Position numbers and translations under genes: made by a program. Positions 14,301 to 27,500 of a stretch of 64,000 bases of DNA are shown piece after piece. This stretch comes from Octopus bimaculoides (lineage: Eukaryota). The notes under the pieces were generated by a model. The model had not been told where the DNA came from. It saw nothing but the letters and a program-made list of their open reading frames with translations, and ran no database searches. Within the stretch, counting starts at the first letter, position 1, and each line of letters begins with the position of its first letter. The stretch lies in NCBI RefSeq assembly GCF_001194135.2, contig NC_068984.1, forward strand, positions 32,075,327 to 32,139,326, given 5' to 3'.

Positions 14301-14516
14301 TTATTCCTAAATGTTACTTATTAGTTCTTTAGTAACAGATGAGCAGGAGTAATATTATGGCCAAATCCTCTTGTTTTTTTTGCCTGGCACATCTAAAGTT
14401 CAAAATAGATTCAATACAGATCTGTGAGCAGGCTATTGTAGTATGAAAACAGACTCTAATTGTAACAAGTAACTAAAATAATAAATGCATAAATAGATAA
14501 ATAATGAGCATGCATG

Positions 14517-14519
<3 letters not shown>

Positions 14520-14552
<33 letters not shown>
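14520..14552. repeat. (GT)n microsatellite, representative of dozens of CA/GT, TA, GA and TAA tracts (e.g. 5495-5538, 8197-8280, 21790-22380, 51915-51980, 54480-54512)
   Basis: Perfect dinucleotide run visible directly. Confidence 0.98.
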
Positions 14553-14556
<4 letters not shown>

Positions 14557-17500
14557 TATGTGCACTTGGTTGCATGTATGTGTGCATGAATGTATGTGTA
14601 ACCACGTGCATGTTGCTTATAAAGAACATACAGCTGACTCAGTTAGGTATCATACAGCTAATAGCTAGGTAGATGGCTCATAATCTCATATTAGCTCTGT
14701 AATGTTACTGTTAATGAAAAGAAAAACTAATTTTTCAAATAGCTCTGTTCATCTGGTTAAAAAAAAGGTACCAATTATTTAAAAAAATTGACTGTTCCTA
14801 GCAATAACATCACTATAAATCTGATAAGTAGTTTGTTGATTTGGATTACTGAATTCAGCTTCATATGTTCCTTCAGAACTCAACATCAAATCTGAGTTCT
14901 CATTTTTGAACCACTCAGCATTTGATCCAGACACTGAATTTTGATCTACCTTTCCACTTGATCAAGATGTTCATCTTAGTCTATTCTATGTGGACACTAG
15001 ATCTCAAATATCTGTGATGTGCTGTAGCCCATTCTGTACTAAGTTCTTCACATGCAGGTAGGAGCCACCATGTGGATATATCTCTGTGATTGCCACAAGG
15101 GATAGGTACCATACAAGCTGTTTGTATATTTATTAGTATAGAAACAAAAGTGTATTAAATACCCTCCAACTGTGAAAGTGTATTGATTTTGAAATCCACT
15201 TCTGTGTAAAATTGGAAGTTTGTGTGCACACTTGTACTTCATTGAATGTATTTCACATGGTGATGACCAAATGATCAAAATAAATTTATATCAGGCAAAC
15301 TGTGCTGAAAACAGTTAGTATAACACACACACACACACACACACAGCTAAATAGTTAAAGTATTAGACTAACGATCACAATGACAGGACTGGCAATATTT
15401 GGAATGCAGTAGTTCTTTATGTTAAAAGCAAGCAAAAACAAAATAATAGCAAAAAAAACTGATTGGTTGAATGGAAGATGAAATTTATAGACCCATTGAA
15501 AACATGCAATGCAAATTAAATGGCGATAATAACTATGAAAACAATGATTATGGGGATGATGATAATGATGAAAATGACAATAAATTGGTTTAAGCATTTA
15601 GTAAAGAACAAATGGTTCTTTATGGCACTGAGAATCCCATGAGAAAAATCTTAATACCTAAACAGAATAAACATTCATCGTAAATTTTGTCTCCAAACAT
15701 TTAACATATTTTATTGACATAGCTGACAAATTGTTGCTGATTTTTATCTGGAAATTAAGGAATTCTCTGAGCTTCAAAGTGTATGATAAAGGAGTTTTAG
15801 CAATTGTTAAAGTGTCATAGATGGACTGAAGAAAGTATTGGAATTAATTGTATGCTCTGTGTGAATTTATCACAAAATTAAGTGACTCAAAGGGGAAATA
15901 AAAATCAGAGAGAATATCATTGGAATCAATTTAATTTCAAATATAAATTCACATTTAACAACAGTAAACTTCCCAAATATTAAGTGGAACTTATTGAAAT
16001 ATTTACGAAGGTACCATATGTCAGCAAGAAATGTCTATAAATATCAAAATATCAAAAAGTTCACTCGTATATTTTCATGATTGATAAAATGGCTTTAGAA
16101 GGTCATATGTGACAGCTAAAAATTTTATAATTATGGTTAAGAGTTCAGAAATAAATTTTCAGAGTTAATCTCCATGTCGTAGACGTAGACATTTTATGTT
16201 TGTAACCCTAGAACATCAACTCAACAGTTTTGTTATTGTTGTTGTAGTTACTGATGCTTTTTAATATTATTGCATTTCAGTTTATCATATCTCCTATAAA
16301 GCACACACATTCAGAGACACATATAATTACTTTCATCTGCCATAAAAAGGGTTAGATTATTAGTACTAATGAAATAATGATCATAAGTATCCAGACATAT
16401 TTGTATATGTTCAGTTCTTATGCACGCATTAAAACACCATTTTTTCAAGCCTCGACAAAGGACCATGTAGAAGCTAGAAACAGTAGCCAAATCTCTTCCA
16501 AAACACTTACTGTTGCTTAAAAAAAACATTAGATAATTTAGTTTCGATTAAACTATATCAGAAAACAGAAGACAGGATGGCCATATATGGAATACCTTTA
16601 ATCATAGATCTGCTCAGGGATGTCAGCTTATGATTATGCAACAACAAAAGCAATCTTACTAACACATTCTACACAATAGTCATATTCATGCTTTATATTT
16701 GTTTTTCTGTGTTAGCATGGGTTGAATGAATACTTATTATCATTCAACTACAGTAGTAGTTGAATAATATTCTTAAGGTCGCAATTTACTCACATGCAGC
16801 ATCTTTCAGAGCTTTTCGCTAATTCAGTTCTTAACCAAATGAAAAACTGTTCACATTTTTTAAGAAGTCTTGTCCCTAGCTACATTTTGGCATTAAACAA
16901 ATTGAGATTTGGTCCAGTAGATAAAAGTTTACATCAAAATTTCTAGTGACATTATAGGAGATTAAGTAACGCCACCAATCAAGTTTAGATCTAAATAACT
17001 TCTTTTCATTTTAAAAGCAAATTATATTTATCTTAGCTTACATGATAGAAGAATTTCATAGTTTTAATCCCATGCAAGAAAATTTTGTATCAAAAATGTT
17101 GTGAGGTGAAATATCATAAAAAAAATATAAGGCAAAAAATTGGATTTAAGTATAATTAACTTTTTTTTATTTTAAAAGCAAACTATATTTTAATTAAGCT
17201 TAAATGATAGAGCTCAATTTGAGGAATTTCATGGAATCAATCTCATGCAATGAAGTTTTAAAAGAAAAAGTCATGAGTGTTTGTTTCTCAAATTTGAGGG
17301 TTTTATACTTTTTTATGAATATAGTTCTAAGGGACTTTAATATATGTCACTGACATCATTGAGGTAAGGAAAAAAAATTATCAACGATACCACTAATTGA
17401 CACATTTGACATTATTAATTAGCATAATAGCATAGCCTGGGAAAAAACATGGATTACATGGAAAAATGTGGGCAAGAGAAATAATATTCTTAAGACTAAA

Positions 17501-17999
17501 GAGCTGGAAAAATTCAGGACAAGTTATTACATCTGGTAAAGTACAGAACAAGATAATTTTTACTTAAAATACTGCAGCTAAGAATAAAAGTTATTTTTCA
17601 TTTTTAATAGAAGTAACAAGGAATAACAAAAAAAAAAATAATAACTTGTAATAAAATTTTCAGTTTTAATAAAAGCTAGTATTTTCTAAATCTAAATATT
17701 TTATTTGAAATTTTATCTGTAGCTGCAATATTTTAAATAAACATTTTCTTGTTCTGTACTTTACTATTCATAACTTTTCTTGAACTTTTCCAAGTGTAAT
17801 AAACTTGGACTGTACTTTTCCAGATTTATAATCTTAAGAATATTATTTCTCTTGCTTGCATTTTTCCATGCAATTGAAGAATTCTATCACAGCCAGATAC
17901 CTTTCCTATTGCTAATTTTTTAAAATAATTAAAAAATTTTCAAGTAAAGTATTATTTATATACTTGTCTTTAAATGTGCAGAGCTAGAGACCAATGTTT

Positions 18000-18545
18000 T
18001 TTTTTTACAAGGAATGTCTACAAAAAAACTAAACATAAAAGAAATAGAAAAAGTAAAATCCCAATACTTGTTGGAAAGTCTGAACCTCAAAGCCACCAGC
18101 ATAACAGTGTTTGGGACTTGTATAAACTGGAAGCTGTACCAGCACTACAGAATGATCACAGTAAAAAAACAGCATAGGCATATCCCATAAAATGTCTCAC
18201 AAAATGACAAAGCACACACTCTTGGATATTCCAATACACACAGAGAGATCAAAGCTAATAAGTCAGATATTGTTGTCAGAGACCACCAAAAATAGAATTA
18301 TGCTTCCTAATTAACATATCAGTTCAAACAGATGACAATATCGCCAAAAGAAATGGAGAAACGCAAGAAATATAAAGATCTAGAAATAGGGATAACCCAA
18401 ATATGGGACCTGAAGACAGAAGTACTCCCTACAATAATATATGCTTTAGGTAAGTTTAAAAGGCATGCAGACAAGATCATAACCAAAATATCAGGGCTTG
18501 AAAAGAGCACTGTTAGTTACTGCACACATTTTACATAAAGCACTT
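18000..18545 (+). mobile_element. R4/Dong-like non-LTR retrotransposon, C-terminal restriction-like endonuclease fragment (degenerate)
   Basis: ..ELCFLINISVQTDDNISPKEMEKRKKYKDLEIGITQIWDLKTEVLPTIIYALG.. matches the PD-(D/E)xK RLE C-terminus pattern (KE.EKl.KY.dL..Ei.rmW..kt..iP.ivGALG). Confidence 0.8.
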
Positions 18546-18629
18546 TCAGGAGTGAAAATAACACAAAAATAAACAACAGCACATAGCTAATACAGTTCTA
18601 TATTTAAGACATGAGGAATTATGTACATT

Positions 18630-18790
18630 ATATACATCCCTGTGGGATGAAGTTAAAATAATAGAGAGAACACCACTGGAAAATATAAAAACTAAAAGGA
18701 CACAACAACCTCCTAAGCACACCGAGTGCAGATATGAATAGCATATGGGAACCGGTATTAAGGAAGGATAGAAAAATATCAGATTTATAA
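18630..18790 (+). mobile_element. Penelope-like GIY-YIG C-terminal fragment (frameshifted)
   Basis: WDEVKIIE(R)EHHWKI*KLK..PSADMNSIWEPVLRKDRKISDL* resembles PLE endonuclease C-termini. Confidence 0.5.
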
Positions 18791-18894
18791 GCCCTAAAAT
18801 TCTTTCCATAATTGCCCAAGGGCATATGGCATAGTGGTTAACAGTGCGGGCTACTAACCCCACAAACACACACACATATGTATACATATACATA

Positions 18895-19060
18895 TATACG
18901 ATGGGCTTCTTTCAGTTTTCATCTACCAAATCCACTCACATGGCTTTGGTCGGCCAGAGGCAATAGTAGAAGACATTTACCCAAAGTGCCATGCAGTGGG
19001 ACTGAACCCAGAACCATGGGGTTCGTAAGCAAGCTACTTACCACACAGCCACTCCTGCAC
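18895..19060 (-). mobile_element. Family 2 (CORE-type) SINE
   Basis: Reverse complement of ggtgcaggagtggctgtgtggtaagtagcttgct..gggttcagtcccactgcatggcactttgggtaaatgtcttctact. Confidence 0.9.
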
Positions 19061-19089
19061 CCATAATAATAATAATAATAATAATAATA

Positions 19090-19307
19090 ATGGTTTCAAA
19101 TTTTGCCACAAGGGCAGCCATTTTGGAGGATATGATAAGTTGATTACATCAACCCCAGTGTTTCACCGGTACTTTTATTTATCGACTCTGAAAGGATGAA
19201 AGGCAAAGTTGACCTAGGCGGAATTTGAACTCAGAATGTAGCGACAGGTGAAATACTGCTAAACATTTCGTTCAGCATGCTAATGATTCTGCCAGCTCAC
19301 CACCTTC

Positions 19308-19356
<49 letters not shown>

Positions 19357-20790
19357 TAATAATAATCCTTCCTGCTATAGGCAGAAGGCCTGAAATTTGA
19401 AGGAAGGGGGATATTCAACCCCAATGTGTAACTAGTACTTATTACTTATTTAATCGACCCCGGAAGGATGAAAGGCAAGGTCAACCTCGGTGGAATTTGA
19501 ACTCAGAATGCATCTACAGGCAAAATACTGCTCAGGATTTCTTCCAGCTCGATAATAATGCTAATCTTTTCTATTATAGGCACAAGGCCTGAAATTTGGG
19601 GAAACGGGACTAGTTGATTACATCGACCCTGGTGTTTTACTGGTACTTAATCTATTGACCCCGAAAGGATGAAAGGCAAAGTTGACCATGGCAGAATTTG
19701 AACCCAGAACATAAAGACAAACGAAATGCCGCTAAACATTTCACCCGGCATGCTAATGATTCTGCAAGCACCCTGCCTTAATAATGATGTTAATAATAAT
19801 GCCCTGATGCAGTACCAGGCAGTGACTCAAGTGCCTTTTGATTTTAGCTGATTGGAAGTGTTATTATGTACATTATTTTGTTTTGATATAGAAGATGGGT
19901 TACAGCAAATATTCTGCTTAATACCACAGATTTGCTTGTCAGTTGTTTGACCTTAACCAGTTGAGCATGTGGCTGATGATATGTGCATCTCTGATCATGA
20001 GCAGAAGTAGTGGGAAAGCATCATAGCCATGTGTTGAGAGGAATTCTTTGGGGTTTGAATAATTCACCTCTGGAAACAACCCTTATTCAGGGACCTTTTG
20101 AATGGGATGGGCTACTCAATCCGACAAAACAAATAATAATAATGATAATACAAAAGGTTTGCCTCCTTGGCACGGCCAAAATAATCAGGAAAGTATTAGA
20201 TAGCTGAAAAGAATGGAGAGCATAGTACTGTAGGCTGCAGGTAGCAAGCCCACTATGCATGCTAGACTCCTGGAGTTCCAACAAAACCTGTAATAAAGAG
20301 AAATACTACTACTAATAATAATAATCCTTTCTACTAAAGGCACAAAGCCTGGATTTTTGTCGGGAGGGGGACAATTGATTACATCGATCCCAGTATTCAA
20401 CTAGTACTTAATTTATCAACCCTGAAAGGATGAAAGGCAAAGTCGACCTCAGTGGAACTTGAACTCAGATCATAGCAGCAGACGAAATACCGTTAATCAT
20501 TTTGCCCTGTGTGCTAACGAATCTGCCAGCTCGTCACCTTAACAATTATCATAATAATAATAATGATTATAATAATCCTTTCTGCAATAGGCACAAGACC
20601 TGAAGTTTTGGGGAGAGGATGAGTCGATTACATCGACCCCCAGAATTTCACTGGTACTTAATTCATCGACTCCAAAAGGATGAAAGGCAAAGTCGACCCC
20701 AGCGGTATATGAACTCAGAATGTAAAGACAGACATAATACCACTAAACATTTCACCCAGCAGGCTGACGATTCTACCAGCTCACCGCATT
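19090..20790 (-). repeat. Cluster of five family 1 SINEs (19090-19305, 19367-19550, 19565-19780, 20325-20545, 20575-20790), an unclassified interspersed repeat (19795-20125) and an R4 3' end, all separated by (TAA)n
   Basis: Repeated atcgacccc(g/t)gaaaggatgaaaggcaaagt(c/t)gacc..gaatttgaactcagaa cores with taataataa between them. Confidence 0.9.
20148..20300 (+). mobile_element. R4/Dong-like LINE extreme 3' end
   Basis: IQKVCLLGTAKIIRKVLDS* is the typical RLE-clade C-terminus (QK..llGTa.IlR.vL); flanked by (TAA)n on both sides. Confidence 0.8.
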
Positions 20791-23700
20791 AATAATGATA
20801 ACAATAATAATAATATGCTGCTGTTTCCTGTGAATGGGTAACATTAACAATAAGGATAGGAATTCAACAAAATATCAACTGACTATGCTAAACCATAACC
20901 AAAGGCATAACTAAACTGTTAGATGTTTATTCAAAGAATATAATATCTTACATTCTGTTTCCATATATTTTTGTTGCTTTTGCTATTATTGCTTTTTTGG
21001 CTTCTATGTGCTCCCATATTCCTGAAACAATTTAATACTGAGAAGCAAGAAGTGATGTAATTCAGCTGTCAATCTTAAGAGCCGTCAATCTTATGAATAG
21101 CTGGTTCTCTGTTTGATATTTTAAAGACATAATAGTTTGGTTTCTTAACCTTAGACTATTGTGGATGGAAATGATTTCAGCTCACTTTACATCTCGTTGT
21201 TATTGTATTGTTATAATTGTTATTTTTATTGTTTTTGTTTCTTTTTTGTTGTTGCTATTTTATTATTATTTTTACTTTTTTTTTATATTCTTCTCTTCTA
21301 GATCCTTTTGATGGTTTTTCCATTCTTTGCAAAGAATGCAGATCTATAAAAACAATTTCTAAATTAAGAAATGAGCTAGCCCCTTATAAATATACTCTTA
21401 GGCTTATACTTCCTAACTGTTGTATAAATTCGCAATAATATCATCTTGGCAGTGATTTATAGTTTAATTTGACATTTTTCCTTGAGATCTATAACAACTG
21501 AAGTTTGATTAGTTAGAAAAGAAAAGAAAGGGAGAAAGAGAGTAGAAAACAATAAAGTCGAAGTCTTCTACTTAGAGCTCTAGAAAATAATAAATCATTT
21601 TATGGTATAGCAAATATTCTAATGGGATCAACCCATTTTCAAAGTAGAAAGACGTTTCAGCTATGAAGAAAAAAAAAAGTATTGAAAACTTCCATAGTAA
21701 AACTGCAAAATAAAAATTCTCTATAAAAGTAATCTTGCAGTTAAACTGAGAATTCAAACTCTTACCAATATCTCTCTCACACACATTTCACACAGATTCA
21801 TGCACACAGAAACACACATGCAAATGTGCATATATATATATAGAGAGAGATAGATAGATATAGACACATACATACTCACACACACACATACATACATTCA
21901 TACATACACACACATATATGCATGAATGTTTATGTATGTGCCTGTATACATACATAAATGCATAGATACATGCATATATATATATATAATATGCTATATC
22001 ACACCAGTGTGATACCACCAAACGATACAGATGTATACATACACATATGCATTTATATGCAAATGATGAGAAATAGGGGAGAAAGTTGCATTAAAAAAAG
22101 CATACATTCATGTGTGTGTGTGTGTGTGTGTGTGATATATATATATATACATACATACATACACATATATGCATACATGAATAATCTTACAACAGTGAAG
22201 TACTGCCAACAATAATATATGTGTGTACAAATATGCATGTCTAAATGAATAAAGAGAGCAAAGGAGAGAGCTGCATACATACACATGCACAAATATGTAT
22301 GTATACATAAAACTTTGTGCTTATGAGTATATGTTTATGTGTGTGTGTGTGTGTATGTATCTATTTATGTATGTATGTATGCATTAAAGATCTTACATTT
22401 ATATATATGATGGTATTCTCATGTTGTAAATAATGCACAAGTGTTTCATAGAGTATAAAACATTTGAAATATACTATTTGTATACCAAGAGAGTGAACTG
22501 ACGCAATGAAAGTATCGATATCATGGAGCGATATCTGTATGGAAATATAAATGTGGGCAAGAACATCAGAATATTTTGCTTTGGTTATTCAAATTGTGAC
22601 AAATTGCCTATGCAAGGGATTTGTTTAAAGTGAATTGCATTTTGTATATAGTCCTACAGACAATATGGGAGAGAGCGGATATGCAACAATCACGATAGAT
22701 AGTTCCCTAGATCTAATATCTGTGGTATGGTACTCCAGCTAGTATTACACACATTAACATCACTACCTTCAAAAAATTCAGTTGACCATTTTGCAAAGAT
22801 TTAATCATCAAAACACTTCAAACACTTGTTCACCATTTCTTTTCTCATCTACAGCTACTATAATAGACTTTACACTTCCGAACTAGCTATCTTTTTTGCT
22901 CTTTCTAACTGCACTTCTCTTATGCCATTATCTTCATAGTGCTTCACTTCATTGTTCTAGAGTGTGAACAAGGTTTGGTTTTGTGGTTACAGTGATGCTT
23001 AAACTATGTGTTATGGGCTGAATAGAGACAACTAAAAACTCATTTCAAATTGTAGGCCAAAGCAAGTGAAAAAAAACGGTTTATTTTAATACGTACAGAC
23101 AGACAATACACTGCTAGTTTGTTGATAGTTTCAGCAGCTTTTTTTGTTTTGCAATTTATTACTATTTTATATAAAATAACTTATATGCGATTATTACAAT
23201 TTTATATAAAATAACTTATATGCATTATGCTTATATTTGAGATGAGGCTACTTAATTGGACGATTTCTGACTTGACTTAGGTCAAAGTGACACCATCATA
23301 TCCTTATTCCTGCAATCTTCGAGATTGTCTTCAAAATAACTACTGATAGTGTAAGATTTTTTAAGAAAAATCATTGCCTGAAAGCAACTCAACATTTTAA
23401 GATGTAGCTTACATCCCTGAATCACTAGCAATTAGTATATTTTAAGACTTAAAATAGAAGACTTGAATAGAGGAAAAAGTATTTTGTTAACATCTTATGT
23501 TGTGCCAAATTTAGTTGAGGGTTTGTAGCTATTGTTAGTGCATATATCGTGCAGGGTTTGCTTGTCTATGTTTGATGGATTTTAGTTTTAGTGGTATGAT
23601 GGTATGCCCAAAATTGCAGTCAAAGAAAGCAGATATGTGGAAATGGAGCAGGTTTAGTGTGTAAGTTCAGTGTACACACAGAGGGTTGGCCCGGAGAATT

Positions 23701-26700
23701 AAGGTGTAGTCATCCCAATGCTGGAGATATCTTCCAATTAATGTAAACTTATCTTGATAGATACATCTTGAAAGAACTCTCCTGGTATTTAATGGAATGT
23801 GTTTTTTCTGCTATACAGAAGCTGCATTTTCTTTTTATTAGTTTGCTTATTAATTTGATATCTCTACAACCTTCCATTTTATGTTGTAAGTAATACTGCT
23901 GTCACTCACCTTATATACTTTTTACATTATGCTTAAATTATGAGCTGTGATTGTAAAATGTTCCCTTGAAATCACCTTTATACATATCGATGCACTTCCT
24001 TCTGAGCAGTTATTCTATGTACTTCAGCTTTGTGTACAACTAACTTTATACATGCATTGCATGTGTGTGAATATTGTGTAAACGTATTTTATACACACAT
24101 ATACACATACATGTATAATATATATTATATACACACACAAGTATATGTAAATATGTGTGTGTGTGTGTGTGTGCATATAGATGTGTATAAGGCTTTTTCA
24201 TACATTTCATAAGATATTGCGTATAACTCTTTCGTAGATCTCAAGCTGATTGTTAGATGGTAAAATATGGTGTACCCATATTCAAACTGAACATCTATAT
24301 GTGGGAAGAGATGAGAATTTTCATGTCTGTCTATACGTGTATGTTTGTATGCCTCTGTCTTCATATTCAGTCCTTTCTTAAATTACATTGTGACAAAATA
24401 TATTTTCTAAATATCGTTTCTAAACTTCAGATTGATGATTACAAAGGGGAAAATAACATGTTCCACCTGTGTTTGTGTATACCTGTCTCAAAGGATAGGA
24501 TGAACAATCTTCTCCATCAGAACTGACGCGTAACATAATAACAACGAAAAACATCAATGATTACTTAAGCTTATTTAGTGATAAGCATTTTGTTCTTTCT
24601 TCTATTGCTATAATATTTTGTTATCTAAACTTTATTTCGTTTTATTTCGTTGAAGTTGTAGACTGTGCTGTAAACAGAAAGAAAACATGTGTACATTTTG
24701 TAATATATTTATTTAAGGAATGACCGCAGTCAAATGACTGAAACACGTATAAGACCAAAGAAATAAAAGAATATACGTGAATTTTCAAATACTCACTTTA
24801 GAGAGATTTAGAGCAAAGGGATCGACTTTCATAGTGTCTATATTCTACAGTCATTAATGATTTACTCAAGAGACAAGTATGAATTTGTCTAGAATGTTTG
24901 TGATGCGGGTTTAACTGAATCAACTCAAATCTTTGTACTTCATTTGAATGGAGAGAGGTGAGGAAACCGAGTTTATAGTACTTGTATAGAGAAGTGCATT
25001 AGAGACAAGGGATTCTTCATAATACGGTTGCACTGATACTAAGAATCATGTATTGCTTTCTGGAGAGTCACTCAACCTCAGCAATTGTTCTGGCTTGCTT
25101 GTGGTTAGAATTGAGAAATGTCTTCCCTGGCTGTTCTCAACTTCTGCCAAGATTATTGGCACCAAACCTCTTATAATTAGATAATGGGTGCAAATCTTAA
25201 ATGCATTGAAGTGATATGACATCGTTGCGTGATCTCTTTGAAGTTGATTGGTCAATAAATAGAATTGCGTGTGGTAATTGTATGTTTCAATTGCAGTAGT
25301 AGCTTGATAACTTGGAAAAAGAATTTCAAATCCTAGTCCTCACTACAGAGAGTCACCTCCCAATGAGAAAGTTATAAACGATGAACAGATCAGCAAAATT
25401 TACATACAAATTACAGAATTCAAATATATGTGAAAAAGCATTAACAAAATGTAAATGATTTTATAATATTCATATTCACTGTCAATAAATGGAGGAATAA
25501 AGTATCCTAACCATATGCAATCAACAGAAAAGTAATAGAAAATTATTATATACAGCTTTCATAAATACACTATTTATATATTTATTTTATTTGTAACACA
25601 ATTCAAATGTAATAGGTTGGTGCATACTTAATTGGCTGATGTGTCTTAAAAGAAATGTTGAGGCCTAATAGGTCAGGTACTGTGACCATGTGTAATTGTT
25701 GTAAGCAAGCAAAGATGACGAATTGCAAGAGACATGCTGGTTGTGCTGCCAGGTAAACTTATTGTATGAACAACGTGACTCGAGTGAGTTCGCATATAAA
25801 AACTGGTTAATGGCTGCAAATGAAGGTGCAGAAAGCATAGTCTGTTTCTTGTTTCGAAAATGACAGGAAAATGTGTCAGATCTGGTCAAGTTAAGCGTCT
25901 GAATTTAATTTCATCAGAATTAAAATTTTAATGTAAATTTTAATAACTACATCTATTTATGTGATATTTTGTTTGAGTGCTTTGTTTTTTCGTATTTTTC
26001 ACTTTTAATTTTTAGTGCATTTATCTCGTGAAATAATGCTTTCTAAAATTTTGAATCAGCAATACTGGGAATATTGCGGAACTGAGTCAAACCCCGAAAC
26101 ACACTTTTACTTTTTCTAAGAAACAGATCTCTAGATCTCTAATGTATCCATTTAAGGAGTGTGAAATTTTTATTTTCACACAAAACTCCCCATCATTTGT
26201 TGGTTGGATCGTCATTAAACTGTATGTTGTGTATGTGTAGTGATAGCATAGAGCGTTGAAGCAGACTTAATCAGTCAGGTTAAGTTATGAAGCAGCAATT
26301 ATAAACATCTTTTGTAAGTATGCCAATTCCAAAACACAAAATTGACCAAAAACATGATGAAAATAGCAATAGTAAAGATTCTAACAAAAGTTTACGCAAT
26401 AGAAATTACGATATTCCAATATGTTTACCATTGAGACAATGGAAAAATACGTTCGTATCATCGAACAGAAGGTCAGTTTACATGTGTTTAATTCTGACCA
26501 ACAGAAAAGAAAGTATTTCTGTGATTTGTTTACACTTGAGAAACGAACGAGAAATATACTGTCGTCTGCTGCATTATACAGACAAAACAAACAGAGAAGA
26601 GAAGCGCAACAATGCGAAACATATTATTAAAGATGTGCATGCATGGAAATGGGAAGAGACAGCAAACATTAATCCCGGAGTTATTTCAAGCATGGTAACA

Positions 26701-26782
26701 GACCACCAAACGAAATCTATTGTTCTCAACAATATGTCTTTCCTTCTAACTGGTTTTGCATAGCTATGAATACTAGAATTTG

Positions 26783-27192
26783 GTATGGGAAAATCAGTTA
26801 ATGAACCGAGACGACTGGAGTCATGGCCACAAGTGGGCAGTCACTAAAGACAAATGGCCAGAGGGAGAAAGAAGGTTACAATCAGCCAACTATACGACAC
26901 AACTTGCTTCGACTCCATAACTTTCACTGGCTCAATTTCTTTTCTCTTACAACATCATTCTATCTCTCTCTGTGGATTATTACTACGAGAACGCATACAC
27001 ACATATCAACCGAAATTAACTCTTTTTACCTTGCATGATTTTCCATTTACTAATTATACAAAGTAACGGTAAATGAATATTATTTGCAACTTCGATCACT
27101 GTTCTTCGTTCATCTTGCACATCTGCAACAACAACCCTCAATATAATCGCTAACTGCCAACGCCAACATATATCGTAATACATACTGTTACA
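26783..27192 (+). mobile_element. LTR-like remnant ending TTACA and followed by a tRNA-Trp-like PBS; related to 38250-38680
   Basis: Shares caacttcgatcactgttcttc(g/t)ttcatcttgcacatctgcaaca and ccaacatata with the 38.5-kb copy; gttaca-c-TGGTGACC at 27187-27201. Confidence 0.6.
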
Positions 27193-27349
27193 CTGGTGAC
27201 CACTGACTCCACCATAACAATAACCGTTACAATTGGTGATCCAGTGTTAAAGAATTGCAGCCTTCGCCTGAACAGTTGTCACATCCATCGATTACAACTG
27301 GTGACCCTCAACTGCAGCGAATACCATTGCTGTTACATACAAACACACA

Positions 27350-27500
27350 CACACATGTACATTCACGACGAGCTTCTCTCAGTTTCCGTTAACTAAATCT
27401 ACTTACAAGACATTTTCGGCCCGTAACTATAGTAGACGACACTTAGCGAAGACACTGCGTAGTAGGACTGAACCCGGAACCATGTTAGAAAGCAAACTAA
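27350..27500 (-). mobile_element. Family 2 SINE, partial
   Basis: acgagcttctctcagtttccgt..ggactgaacccggaaccatg. Confidence 0.65.

Noticed and set aside
19973-20010. Hammerhead at CTGATGA
   Set aside because: No GAAA or stem I/III partners in the correct order
26320-26763. 147-aa ORF as a transposase or gene
   Set aside because: No convincing domain; a weak MULE-like VTD resemblance is not enough support
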